From assembly GCA_963725665.1 (NCBI GenBank), contig CAVRZA010000011.1:192001-256000 (forward strand): 64,000 bases of DNA, in the 5' to 3' direction. Origin of the DNA: an uncultured Actinomycetes bacterium. GTDB taxonomy: Bacteria; Actinomycetota; Thermoleophilia; UBA2241. Of this stretch, positions 1-9,489 are shown in pieces (positions within the stretch are counted from its first letter, which is position 1; every line of letters begins with the position of its first letter). The notes beneath the pieces are model-generated. The model saw only the letters and a program-made list of their open reading frames with translations. It searched no databases and was not told the origin of the DNA. The translations under genes were made by a program, and so were the position numbers.

Positions 1-313
1 CGAGCAGCCGCTGGCGCAGCGCCTGATCGAGGGGCTCGAGGCGATCGCCGGCGTCACCGTCTACGGGCCTCCGGCGGGACATGCCCGCACCTCGACGGTG
101 TCGTTCACGGTCGGGGGACGGAACGCGCAGCATGTCGCTCGGCTCCTCGGTCGGAAGGGCCTGTTCGTCTGGGACGGCGACTTCTACGCCATGCGCCTCG
201 TAGAGCTCCTGGGGCTCGGCGACCGCAGCGGGCTCGTACGCGTCGGCCTCGCGCCCTACAACACGGCCGACGAGGTCGAGCGCGTCCTCGCCGCGGTCGC
301 CGAGCTCGCCTAG
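1..313 (+). CDS. C-terminal part of cysteine desulfurase-like class V PLP enzyme (5' truncated by window)
   Basis: RTSTVSF...WDGDFYA...GLVRVGLAPYNTADEV C-terminal motif of SufS/VC1184-type proteins. Confidence 0.8.
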   Translation, partial: EQPLAQRLIEGLEAIAGVTVYGPPAGHARTSTVSFTVGGRNAQHVARLLGRKGLFVWDGDFYAMRLVELLGLGDRSGLVRVGLAPYNTADEVERVLAAVAELA

Positions 314-322
314 AGCGCCCCG

Positions 323-1222
323 CTACCCGAGCCGCACCAGGTTGCGCCCGCCGGCTTTGCTCTCGTAGAGGAGCCCGTCAGCGCGCGCGACAATCGACTC
401 CACCGTGTCCGAGGGCACGCCCAGCGTCGCGCCGACCGAGATCGTCACCTGGAGAGGCTGCGCCTGCTGAGGGTAGCCGGACTTTTCCACCAAGGCGCGC
501 AGGCGCTCGCCGATCTCGTGCAGAAGACCCGCGCCGACGTTGGGGCAGACGACGACGAACTCCTCGCCGCCGTAGCGAGCCACCTCGTCGAAGGAGCGCA
601 CGTTGGCCTTCAGGGTGGCCGCCACCAGGCGCAGCATGCGGTCTCCTATCGCGTGCCCATGGTCGTCGTTCACCTCTTTGAAGTGGTCGACGTCGACGAA
701 CAGCAGGCCGCAGGACCAGCCGTAGCGACGCAGCTCGTCGAGGCGCGCCCTGACGGCCGCCTCGGCGTAGCGACGGTTCCCGACCCCGGTGAGAGGGTCG
801 ACCATGATGAGGTCTTCGAGCTCGCGCAGACGCTCGAGGGCGGCGACCTGCGGTGAGTCGTCCGAGAAGGTCTCCGCGGCGCCGATGATCTCGCCGTCAT
901 CCGCCAGCAGCGGCGAGACGCGCACGTGCACCGGCACGCGGTGCCCCTCGCGGTGGCGCACGAAAAGGTCGGCCTCGCGCGGCTCGCCGTCTTGGGCGCT
1001 GCACGCCGCCGGGCAGCCGCTGTCGCAGAGGCTGCAGCCCTGGGCATCGACGTGCATGAGGATGTCGTCGGAGCAGCGCGAGCCTACGACCTCGCCGGAG
1101 GTGTAGCCGGTGATCCGCTCGGCGCCCTTGTTCCAATAGGTGATGCGCCGGTCTCGGTCGAGGAAGTAGACGCCGTCGTGGAGGTCGTCGAGGATTCGCT
1201 TAAACTGGTCGCCGTCGTTCAC
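323..1222 (-). CDS. PAS-GGDEF diguanylate cyclase
   Basis: N-terminal PAS (WNKGAERITGY), DPLTGVGNRR, DVDHFKEVND, RYGGEEF. Confidence 0.92.
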   Translation of the reverse strand: MNDGDQFKRILDDLHDGVYFLDRDRRITYWNKGAERITGYTSGEVVGSRCSDDILMHVDAQGCSLCDSGCPAACSAQDGEPREADLFVRHREGHRVPVHVRVSPLLADDGEIIGAAETFSDDSPQVAALERLRELEDLIMVDPLTGVGNRRYAEAAVRARLDELRRYGWSCGLLFVDVDHFKEVNDDHGHAIGDRMLRLVAATLKANVRSFDEVARYGGEEFVVVCPNVGAGLLHEIGERLRALVEKSGYPQQAQPLQVTISVGATLGVPSDTVESIVARADGLLYESKAGGRNLVRLG

Positions 1223-1318
1223 GCTGCCGTCCTTGCTGGAGGCGCAGGGGCCACTGCGCCGGCGTCACCGGCAGTACTATGCCCCATTGGGAGCACCAGT
1301 CGTGCATGATGACTGCCT

Positions 1319-1347
1319 GTTTCGGCGGGAGACGTGACCATCTTGAG
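1319..1347 (-). promoter_or_regulatory. Putative FliA/sigma28-like promoter of the diguanylate cyclase
   Basis: Minus strand CTCA-N17-GCCGAAAC about 95 nt upstream of the start. Confidence 0.4.
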
Positions 1348-1430
1348 CGAGGTCGTCACGGCTCAAGGACCGGCACCGGGTCTGTCGCCGCGTACGACAG
1401 GAGAAGGATCGAGTCGATCTGGAGGACGCG

Positions 1431-2459
1431 ATGGCAGCGGTCGCACACCACGTGAAGGTCAAGCTTTGCCTGCTTGGCTTCGGCAACGTCGGACGCGGCT
1501 TCTGCGAGCTCGTCGCCGCCCAGGAAGACGAGCTCGCACGCGAGTTCGGCCTGCATTTCGTGGTGACTGCGATCGGCACACGACACGGCTCGCTGCTCGA
1601 GCCCGAGGGCCTGCGGGCGGGCGAGGCGCTGGCCCGCACGAAGGCGGGCCTGCCCTCGCCCGCCCGGCCGGCCGACGAGCTGATAGCCGCCTCGGGCGCC
1701 GGCGTGCTCGTCGAGGCGACGGTGATGGAGCACGCCGGCGCCCCCACCGCCACCAGGCACGTCGAGTCGGCTTTCCGCTGCGGCCTCGACGTGGTCACCG
1801 TCAACAAAGGCCCGGTGGCCTACAACTACCGCCGCCTACAGGACATGGCGCAGTCGCTCGGACGCCGCTGGCGCTTCGAGGGCACGGTGATGGATGGTCT
1901 GCCGGTCTTCAACCTGCTCGAGTTCGCCCTCCCCGGCACGCGGCTGCTCGGCTTCGACGCCGTCTTCAACGGGACGACCAACTTCATCATCGACGCCATG
2001 GCCGCAGGGCGCAGCCTCGACGACGCGCTCGCCGAGACTCAGGCCGACGGCTACGCGGAGGCCGATCCCTCCAACGACATCGACGGCTGGGACGCCGCCG
2101 CCAAGGCAGCGGCGCTGGCGAACGTCGCCATGGACGCACGCCTCACCCCCGACGGCGTCGAGAAGCAGAGCCTGCGCGACGTGCCTCTCGAGCGCATCCT
2201 CGACGCGCGGCGCGGGGGCAAGCGCTTGCGCATGCTCACGAGCGCAGCGCGCGCCGAGGGAGGGGCCGTCGCGGCGCGCGTGCGTGCGGTCGAGCTACCG
2301 CTCGACCACCCGCTGGCGCCGGTCGGCGGCCCCTCCCTCGGCGCCGTCCTGCACACCGACCTTATGGGGGATATCGTCGTCGCCGAGCTGGGCGCGCTGG
2401 TGCCACAGACGGCCTACTCGGTGCTCTCCGACCTGTTGACGCTGCACCTGCGTCGATAA
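1431..2459 (+). CDS. hom: Homoserine dehydrogenase (short, ACT-less type)
   Basis: GFGNVG, VVTVNKGP, FEGTVMDGLP, NGTTNFI, GYAEADPSNDIDGWDAAAK. Confidence 0.88.
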   Translation: MAAVAHHVKVKLCLLGFGNVGRGFCELVAAQEDELAREFGLHFVVTAIGTRHGSLLEPEGLRAGEALARTKAGLPSPARPADELIAASGAGVLVEATVMEHAGAPTATRHVESAFRCGLDVVTVNKGPVAYNYRRLQDMAQSLGRRWRFEGTVMDGLPVFNLLEFALPGTRLLGFDAVFNGTTNFIIDAMAAGRSLDDALAETQADGYAEADPSNDIDGWDAAAKAAALANVAMDARLTPDGVEKQSLRDVPLERILDARRGGKRLRMLTSAARAEGGAVAARVRAVELPLDHPLAPVGGPSLGAVLHTDLMGDIVVAELGALVPQTAYSVLSDLLTLHLRR

Positions 2460-2531
2460 GCGCAAGCGCCCGGCACGGTCCCCCGCGCGCTTGCCTCATC
2501 CCCGTCGCGCCACTCGAGGCGGCCCGCAGTG

Positions 2532-2948
2532 TCACGGGCCGGTCGCCGTCTCGGCCACCCGCCAGCGTCCCGACGCGTCGCGCACGAGCAGCATGAAGTT
2601 GGGCCACTTGGGGTTGCCGGCCATGGGCGGCGGGTCGCGCGTCAGGTCGGTCTGCAGCATGACCGCGTCGGGACCCTCGACGCTGATCGGCTTGACGCTC
2701 TCGAGGCGGATAGAACGGATCGCCTTCATATCGTCGAGGCCCCAGAAGTGATCGGGGTCGACCATCAGGGAGCGCGCGAGCGTGAAGTCGTCGTCGACGG
2801 CCGCGATGAGCTGCTCGACGACACGCTTCGCCGCAGCCACGTCGGACGCCGAGACCGTGGACGAGGCCGTGGCTGCCGGAGACGAGGCCGCGGCGGCCGC
2901 AGCGATGAGCCGCAGCGTCAATTCCCTGGCCACGTGCCGACCGATCAT
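2532..2948 (-). CDS. Hypothetical protein (possible NTF2/DUF4829-like exported protein; start uncertain)
   Basis: ORF with Ala/Ser-rich linker and C-terminal [14 protein letters not shown]. Confidence 0.4.
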   Translation of the reverse strand: MIGRHVARELTLRLIAAAAAASSPAATASSTVSASDVAAAKRVVEQLIAAVDDDFTLARSLMVDPDHFWGLDDMKAIRSIRLESVKPISVEGPDAVMLQTDLTRDPPPMAGNPKWPNFMLLVRDASGRWRVAETATGP

Positions 2949-3176
2949 GGCATCCCCCCTCTCCGTGCGCGCGCCTCAGGTCCGAGCAGCCGTGTCACCT
3001 TGACCGGCCGGAGCGAGACAGGCTTCTCGCCGCACTGTCTCACCGCCGCCGAACCAGCGCCAACCCGCCAAGCACATGCGCGACCGCTTTCGCCGTCTGG
3101 CAAAGAATCGGTCGGCCACTGTACTGTAGGGTGCCGCGCAACGCACGGTCGAGGGCCGACACGAAAGGCACGCAGA

Positions 3177-4382
3177 ATGAGCAGCGAACCTTCGCACATC
3201 GCCCCCTTCCACCCGCCCGAACGGACCCTGATGGGCCCCGGGCCCTCCGACGTCCCCGAGCGCGTGCTCGCCGCCATGGCGCGACCGACGATCGGCCATC
3301 TCGATCCAGCGTTCGTGGTCATGATGGAGGAGCTCAAGGAGCTCTTGCGCTACGCGTTCCAGACGCGCAACGAAGTCACGTTTCCCGTGTCCGCACCGGG
3401 GTCGGTGGGCATGGAGACATGCTTCGTCAACCTGGTTGAGCGGGGCGACACGGTGATCGTTTGCCGCAACGGCGTCTTCGGCGGACGGATGGTCGAGAAC
3501 GTCGAGCGTTGCGGCGGCACTGCGGTCGTGGTCGACGACCAGTGGGGACGACCCGTGACGCCGGAGAAGCTCCAGGCGGCGCTGCACGCCCACCCGGCCG
3601 CCCGCCTCGTCGCCTTCGTCCAGGCCGAGACATCGACCGGCGTGCTGACCGACCCCCGCCCGCTCGTGTCACTGGCCCACGAGCACGGGTGCCTCGCCAT
3701 CGTCGACACGGTGACGGCCCTCGGGGGGTGCGCCGTCGCGGTCGACGAGTGGGGCATCGACGCCGTCTATTCCGGCTCGCAGAAGTGCCTCTCCGTGCCT
3801 CCGGGGCTCTCGCCGGTCAGCTTCAACGAAGCCGCCCTGGCCAAGGTGCGCGCCCGCACGACGCGCTGCCAGAGCTGGTTCATGGACCTCGACCTCGTCC
3901 TCGCCTACTGGGGGTCGTCGACGCGCACCTACCACCACACCGCGCCCGTCAACGCACTCTACGGCCTTCACGAGGGGCTGCTCATGCTCGCCGAAGAGGG
4001 CCTCGAGGAGGCGTGGGGCCGCCACCAACGCCACCACGACGCCCTCGTCGCCGGCTTCGAGGCCATGGGTCTGGGCCTGCCCGTCGAGAAGCCACATCGC
4101 CTGCCGCAGCTCAACCTCATCCTAGTGCCAGTGGGGATCGACGAGGCGACGGTGCGCGCTCGGCTCCTGCAGGAGTTCGACCTCGAGGTCGGCGCCGGAC
4201 TGGGCCCGCTGGCGGGCAGGGTCTGGCGTGTAGGGCTGATGGGCCACGCAAGCCGGCCCGAGAACGTGCTGCTGTGCCTGCGCGGCTTCGAGGACGTGCT
4301 GCGCGACCTGGGGTTCGCGGCGCCCGCGGGCGAAGCCGAGCGGGCGGCGCGAAGCCTGCTCGACGCCGGGTCGCCGGGATGA
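3177..4382 (+). CDS. Alanine-glyoxylate/serine-pyruvate aminotransferase (class V)
   Basis: [37 protein letters not shown]; ATG at 3177 within track ORF 2529..4382. Confidence 0.92.
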   Translation: MSSEPSHIAPFHPPERTLMGPGPSDVPERVLAAMARPTIGHLDPAFVVMMEELKELLRYAFQTRNEVTFPVSAPGSVGMETCFVNLVERGDTVIVCRNGVFGGRMVENVERCGGTAVVVDDQWGRPVTPEKLQAALHAHPAARLVAFVQAETSTGVLTDPRPLVSLAHEHGCLAIVDTVTALGGCAVAVDEWGIDAVYSGSQKCLSVPPGLSPVSFNEAALAKVRARTTRCQSWFMDLDLVLAYWGSSTRTYHHTAPVNALYGLHEGLLMLAEEGLEEAWGRHQRHHDALVAGFEAMGLGLPVEKPHRLPQLNLILVPVGIDEATVRARLLQEFDLEVGAGLGPLAGRVWRVGLMGHASRPENVLLCLRGFEDVLRDLGFAAPAGEAERAARSLLDAGSPG

Positions 4383-4435
4383 CGAGCCATCCGGGCGACG
4401 TTTCGTCCAGCCGACACCTTGGCCGGTGAGGCGGA

Positions 4436-4478
4436 GGAGAGGGGCGGGCGGTGCATGCCGCACCGCCCGCCCCTCTCC
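4436..4478. terminator. Bidirectional hairpin terminator
   Basis: Perfect 19-bp inverted repeat with 5-nt loop between convergent genes. Confidence 0.75.
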
Positions 4479-4480
4479 CG

Positions 4481-5206
4481 TTACAGCTGCAGGAGCCGCC
4501 CGAACCCGAGCACCGGCTCACCGATGCCGGCGAGCCGCAACGCCTCCCAGAACGACGCCTGGTTGGCCGAGACGACCGGCTTGGCGAGGTCCTCCTCGAG
4601 CTCCTGGAGGATCGCCGCCGTGCGCAGGTTCGTGCAACTGATGAAGACGGCGTCGGCGTCGGGACGGTCGAGGTCGCGCGCCTGCGCGTAGACGCGCTCG
4701 GGCGAGGTGCGACCGATGTCGTGGTCGTCAGCGAAGCCGAGGCTGCTCGTGGCGAGCACCTCGAAGCCCTGCTCGGCGAAGTACGCGGCGCCGCGCGCGG
4801 TGACCTCCTCGAGATACGGGGTGGCGAGCACGATGCGCTGCGCCCCAACGGCGCGCAGGCCGTTCGCCGCAGCGCTGGCCGTTGTGGTCACCGGCAGCCC
4901 GCCGGTGGCCGCGCGCATCGTCTCGATGATGCGCTCGTCGTAGCTCTTGCCCTCGACGAAACTGCCGCTGGTGCATCCGAAGACCATGCTGTGCAAGGGA
5001 GCCATGGCGAGCACCCGCGCCGCCTCGGCCGTGCGCTCGGCGAGCTTGCGCAACTCCTCCACGGTGACGCGCGCAAGCTCGACGCGTGTCGTGTGGATAG
5101 ACACGCCCTCGGGCGTCATTGCGTAGCACTCCGGCTCCATGACGGTGCTGGTCGAGGTGTAGATGAGCCCTATCCGGGCCCGGTAGCCGTACAGGTCAGG
5201 CTGCAT
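4481..5206 (-). CDS. Maleate cis-trans isomerase / arylmalonate decarboxylase (Asp/Glu racemase superfamily) protein
   Basis: RIGLIY...MEPE, FGCTSGS and ISCTNL catalytic Cys pair, PVVSANQA. Confidence 0.88.
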   Translation of the reverse strand: MQPDLYGYRARIGLIYTSTSTVMEPECYAMTPEGVSIHTTRVELARVTVEELRKLAERTAEAARVLAMAPLHSMVFGCTSGSFVEGKSYDERIIETMRAATGGLPVTTTASAAANGLRAVGAQRIVLATPYLEEVTARGAAYFAEQGFEVLATSSLGFADDHDIGRTSPERVYAQARDLDRPDADAVFISCTNLRTAAILQELEEDLAKPVVSANQASFWEALRLAGIGEPVLGFGRLLQL

Positions 5207-5402
5207 CAGTCCCCTCCACGAAGCGGTTGTACGGAGCTAGCTTCTGCGCCTCACGGCGAGCACGTCAAGCGCACGCGATCCCCCGGCCGCATCGCCTGTC
5301 AACTTGGTCCCGAGGGCGGTTAGGCGGTACCGTGATAGAAGAGACGCCGCGTCGGTGGAACTGCGGGGCACAACGACAACGACATCGAAGACCGAGGGAG
5401 AG

Positions 5403-6464
5403 ATGCAGGAGATCGTTCGCGAGACGCAGGCCCTACTGGGAGAGAGCGAGCCCTTTGCCCTGGTGACCCTCATCGCCGAGGAAGGGTCGACGCCGCGCGC
5501 CGCCGGCGCCGAGATGCTCGTGCGCGTGGACGGCTCGATCGCGGGGACCGTCGGAGGGGGACTGCTCGAGGCGACGGCGATGCAGCAGGCCCGCGTGGCG
5601 ATCGAGACGAGGCGCTCGACGGCGATCACCGTCGAGCTGACCGGCCAGAACGTCCAGGACGCGGCGATGCTCTGCGGGGGCCGGGCCCAGCTGCTCGTCT
5701 CATTCGTGCCCGCGGGTGACCGCGAGCTGTCGCGGATCTGCTCCGCTCTTGCGGCTGCTCTGGAGGCGGGTCGGCCGGCCCACTTGGTCACTGTGTTCGG
5801 CCCCGCCGGCTGCGGAGGAGGGTGCTTGGTCGCTCGTTCCCTGGTGGAGGACGGCGGTGTAGTGGCCGGCGCGTCGCTCGAACCCGCCATCCTGGCCGTG
5901 TCCCTCTCCGAGGGCTCCGGTGTGCACAACCGCGAGCTGCCCGACGGCCGCGAGCTTCATGCGGAGACCATCGAGCCGGTGCCGGTGGTGGTGATCTGCG
6001 GCGCCGGCCATGTGGGACAGGCGCTCGCTCCGGCGGCGGCCGCAGTGGGGTTCGACATCGTAGTCATCGACGATCGCCCCGAGTTCGCCTCCCGCGAGCG
6101 TTTCCCCATCAGTGCACGGCTCGTCGTCCCGCCCGATTTCGAGCGCGCCTTCGAGTCGGTCGAGCTAGGGACGCGCACCTACGTCGTGGTCGCGACGCGC
6201 GGCCACACGCACGATTTCACGGTCCTCGAGCAGGCACTGCGCACTGAGGCCGCCTACATCGGCCTCATGGCGAGCTCGCGCAAGCGCAGACGCTTCTTCG
6301 AGACGCTGCTCGAACGGGGGCGCACGGAGCAGGACCTGGAGCGCATCCACAGCCCCGTCGGCCTGGCGATCGACGCCGAGACGCCGGCCGAACTGGCCGT
6401 GAGCATCGTCGCCGAGCTGATCAAGGTGCGGGCGGAGTTGCGACAGGCGGCCTTGAGACGATGA
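5403..6464 (+). CDS. xdhC: XdhC/CoxI molybdoenzyme accessory protein
   Basis: GSTPR, GTVGGG, CGG, GAGHVG, TRGHTHD, YIGLMASS, SPVGLAIDAETPAELAVSI. Confidence 0.92.
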   Translation: MQEIVRETQALLGESEPFALVTLIAEEGSTPRAAGAEMLVRVDGSIAGTVGGGLLEATAMQQARVAIETRRSTAITVELTGQNVQDAAMLCGGRAQLLVSFVPAGDRELSRICSALAAALEAGRPAHLVTVFGPAGCGGGCLVARSLVEDGGVVAGASLEPAILAVSLSEGSGVHNRELPDGRELHAETIEPVPVVVICGAGHVGQALAPAAAAVGFDIVVIDDRPEFASRERFPISARLVVPPDFERAFESVELGTRTYVVVATRGHTHDFTVLEQALRTEAAYIGLMASSRKRRRFFETLLERGRTEQDLERIHSPVGLAIDAETPAELAVSIVAELIKVRAELRQAALRR

Positions 6465-6491
6465 CATCGCTGCAACGGGCGGCGCCACAGC

Positions 6492-7712
6492 ATGGTAGCG
6501 CCGCGACGGTCGGAGCGTAAGGCGGGTCCGGTGAGCGGTCCGCGCTTTGCGGCCGTCGTGCTGGCCGGCGGGCGCTCGTCACGCTTGCCACCGCTCAAGC
6601 CCCTCCTGCCCGTCGACGGCGTCCCGGCCGTCGTGCGCACAGCGAGTACCTTCGGCGACGTAGGAGTCGAGCCGCTCGTCGTGGTCGGCTTCGCAGCCGC
6701 TGAGCTCGTTCCCGTACTGGAGGCCGCCGCCCTGCACTACGCCGTCAACGAGGACTACGACCGTGGCATGTACTCGTCGCTCGTGACCGGAGTGCGGGCG
6801 CTCGGCGAAGCCGGCGGTGGAACATGCGACTGGCTCTTCGTCCAGCCTGCCGACTGCCCGCTGGTACGCGGCGAGACGATCGGCCGCCTGATGCGCGCGG
6901 CCAGAGGCGCGGGGCGCGGGGCGGCGCGCCCTGAGGGCGCGCCGCCCCGCGCCCTCATCCCGACTGCTCATGGACGGCGCGGGCACCCGCCACTGCTGTC
7001 GGCCGGGCTGCTGCCGGCCGTCCTGAAGCGTGAACCACCTGGCGGTCTGCGTACGCTGCTCGACGACCTCGGCGACGAAATCGGGGAGGTGCCGGTCGAC
7101 GATGAAGGCGTGCTTCTCGACATGGACGACGCCGAAGGCTACGCACGTGTCGAGAGACACGCCGTGCTCGAGAGGCTGCCCGACACAGACGCCTGCGAGG
7201 CGCTCCTGCGACGTCGCGCTACGCCGCCGGCGGTGGTCGCCCACTCGCGGGCCGTGCGCGACGTCGCCCTGCGCCTCGCGCGCGCGGCCAACGCCCAGGG
7301 CCTCGGCATCGATCTCCACCTGCTGGAAGCCGCGGCGCTCACCCACGACGTCGCTCGTGAGCGACCCGACCACGCCGCGGCGGCCGCGGCCGTGCTCGAG
7401 GCCGAGGGCTACCCGCGCGTGGCATGCGTCGCGCGTCACCACATGAGCCTCCCCGGACTACCTTCGGACCCGCCGGGCGAGAGGGAGCTCCTCTACCTTG
7501 CCGACAAGCTGGTGCGCGACGAGACGGTCGTGACGCTAGACGAGCGCAAACGAGAGGCTGCGGCGCGTTTCAGCGCTCCGGAGGCTCAGGCTGCGGCGGC
7601 TGCTAGGCTGCAGGCGGCCGGCGTCGTAGCACGCTCTCTCGAGCGCGCGACCGGCCGCCCGCTGGCGGACCTACTGGCCGAGCCGCCGCCCAACCCCGGC
7701 GGTCGCCCATGA
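6492..7712 (+). CDS. MocA-like molybdenum cofactor cytidylyltransferase fused to HD domain
   Basis: VLAGGRSSR, GMYSS, DCPLV, GHPPL, DMDD followed by HS...HD...HH...ADK HD motifs. Confidence 0.82.
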   Translation: MVAPRRSERKAGPVSGPRFAAVVLAGGRSSRLPPLKPLLPVDGVPAVVRTASTFGDVGVEPLVVVGFAAAELVPVLEAAALHYAVNEDYDRGMYSSLVTGVRALGEAGGGTCDWLFVQPADCPLVRGETIGRLMRAARGAGRGAARPEGAPPRALIPTAHGRRGHPPLLSAGLLPAVLKREPPGGLRTLLDDLGDEIGEVPVDDEGVLLDMDDAEGYARVERHAVLERLPDTDACEALLRRRATPPAVVAHSRAVRDVALRLARAANAQGLGIDLHLLEAAALTHDVARERPDHAAAAAAVLEAEGYPRVACVARHHMSLPGLPSDPPGERELLYLADKLVRDETVVTLDERKREAAARFSAPEAQAAAAARLQAAGVVARSLERATGRPLADLLAEPPPNPGGRP

Positions 7713-8455
7713 GCGCCCGCCTCCCGGAGCTGCTTGCCTGTGACCTCGACGGCACCCTCATCGACGAGGCCGGCCGGCCGCATGCCGGGGTCCCCGAGGC
7801 GCTCGCCTCACTGGTGGCCGTCGGCGTGCCCCTGGCCGTCTGCAGTGGGCGCCCGCTGTACGCGGCGCAGCACCGAAGCGAGCGTCTGGGGGCGGTCCCG
7901 CGTGCGTTCATCTGCTACCACGGGGCGCTCGTCGTCGACACGGCCACGGACGCGTGGCTGCAGCACCTGACGGTGCCGCAGCCACGCGTCCTCGCCGTCA
8001 CTGCCGACGCGCTGGAGGCCGGGCTCTCGGTGACCCTCTACATCGGTGATGAGCGCGTCGAGCTCCCCGCCGAGCCCAAGCGGATCCCCGCCTTGCCCGG
8101 CCCGGTGACTCGGATCATCCTCACGGGCGAGCCGGCCGTGCTCGACGACGCCTTACCCTCACTCAGGAGACGCTGGGGTGAAGGCCTGCGCGTAGAGCGC
8201 GCACACCCGTCGGTGATCGACGTGCTCGACGGACGCGCCGACAAGGGAGCGGCGCTCGCCTTGCTTGCCGCGCACCTTCAGATCTCCCTTGCAGGCGTCG
8301 TCGCGTGCGGCGACTCGCGCAGCGACGTCTCGTTGTTGCGGGCCGCCGGCAACGCGGTCGCGGTCGGCGACGCACCCGACCAGCTGCGGCGCGTCGCCAA
8401 GACAGTCGTCGCGCCCGACCACCTGGCGGCCTTCCTCCTCTCCCTGCTCCGGTAG
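7709..8455 (+). CDS. HAD superfamily (Cof-like) hydrolase
   Basis: DLDGTL, SGR, DKG, GDSRSD. Confidence 0.88.
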   Translation: MSARLPELLACDLDGTLIDEAGRPHAGVPEALASLVAVGVPLAVCSGRPLYAAQHRSERLGAVPRAFICYHGALVVDTATDAWLQHLTVPQPRVLAVTADALEAGLSVTLYIGDERVELPAEPKRIPALPGPVTRIILTGEPAVLDDALPSLRRRWGEGLRVERAHPSVIDVLDGRADKGAALALLAAHLQISLAGVVACGDSRSDVSLLRAAGNAVAVGDAPDQLRRVAKTVVAPDHLAAFLLSLLR

Positions 8456-8609
8456 CCTCTGACGGGGGCATGCCGAACGGAAGCCGGTCATCGCCGCATC
8501 CCGCACTCTGCCGTCGATCCCCGGCCTCCCGCCTCGCTCCACACTCGCCGTCGACCGCCGGCCTTGGCGCCGGGGGGCACTCGCCGCTTCGACCAAGCCA
8601 CCGGCCGGG

Positions 8610-8654
8610 TGTGCAGCTGCCCACGACCCCCCGGCAGAAGTGTGCATTCACCCA
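8610..8654 (+). promoter_or_regulatory. Putative PucR-family operator site A
   Basis: TGTGCAGCTGCCCA near-palindrome plus second TGTGCA 31 bp later; 27/36 identical to the site at 15142. Confidence 0.6.
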
Positions 8655-8834
8655 GGTCCGGGCCCCCGACCTCTTGTGTTTCATGGTCGCAAGAAGCGCG
8701 GCATCGCGACGCGAGCCCGGGACGCACGATGGCCGTCCTGGGCGTGAGGCGGCGGTGACGCGATTTGAGCTCAAGGGGCCGCGCCAGTCTGCGCCCCGTC
8801 ACCGTCGGCCCTTCGCACGTGCAAGGAGCAACTG

Positions 8835-9452
8835 ATGAAGACAGAGACCAGCGTGGACGCCCGCGAACGCATCGTCGTGCCTGCCCGCGAAGGCAGAGGG
8901 GTGCGCATCGCAAAGGGCCAGTCGTTCCGCATCGTCGACCTCGAGGGCTCCCAGGTCGGCGATCTGTTCGCCTTCAACGCCGACGATGTACGCGAGTACC
9001 ACAGCGCCCACCACACGCGCGCCGTCGTCGATCGGCTGTTCCCCGTACCCGGAGAGCGGTTCCAGAGCAACCTGCGCCGGCCGATCATGACCTTCGTCGC
9101 CGACGACAGCCCCGGCATCCACGACATGCTCATCGCCCCCTGCGACCCCGCGCGCTTCGAGCAGCTGGGGGTGCAAAGCTGGCACGCTTCGTGTCAGGAG
9201 AACCTGCAGATGGTGATGGCCGGCTTCGGCTTTCCCGACGTCGTCGTGCCGCAGTCGATCAACCTCTTCATGAACATCCCGGTGCGACCCGATGGGACGA
9301 TCGACTGGCTCCCTGCGCCCACGAAGGCGGGCGACTCCGTCACCATGCGCGCTGAGATGGACTGCTACATCGTGCTCTCGGCCTGTCCCCAGGACATCAT
9401 CGTGATCAACGACAAGGCGCCGTCGCCGATGGCGATCGACGTGCTCGACTGA
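8835..9452 (+). CDS. DUF1989 / urea carboxylase-associated (carboxyguanidine deiminase-like) protein
   Basis: IVDLEGSQVGD, HDMLIAPC, SCQENL, NLFMNIPV, SACPQD. Confidence 0.85.
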   Translation: MKTETSVDARERIVVPAREGRGVRIAKGQSFRIVDLEGSQVGDLFAFNADDVREYHSAHHTRAVVDRLFPVPGERFQSNLRRPIMTFVADDSPGIHDMLIAPCDPARFEQLGVQSWHASCQENLQMVMAGFGFPDVVVPQSINLFMNIPVRPDGTIDWLPAPTKAGDSVTMRAEMDCYIVLSACPQDIIVINDKAPSPMAIDVLD

Positions 9453-9489
9453 CCGCCCATCGAGAAGAGGGACCTTCGAGGAGGCGCAG

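Noticed and set aside
8456-8834. Guanidine-I/II/III riboswitch before DUF1989
   Set aside because: No ykkC consensus or paired ACGR hairpins recognisable
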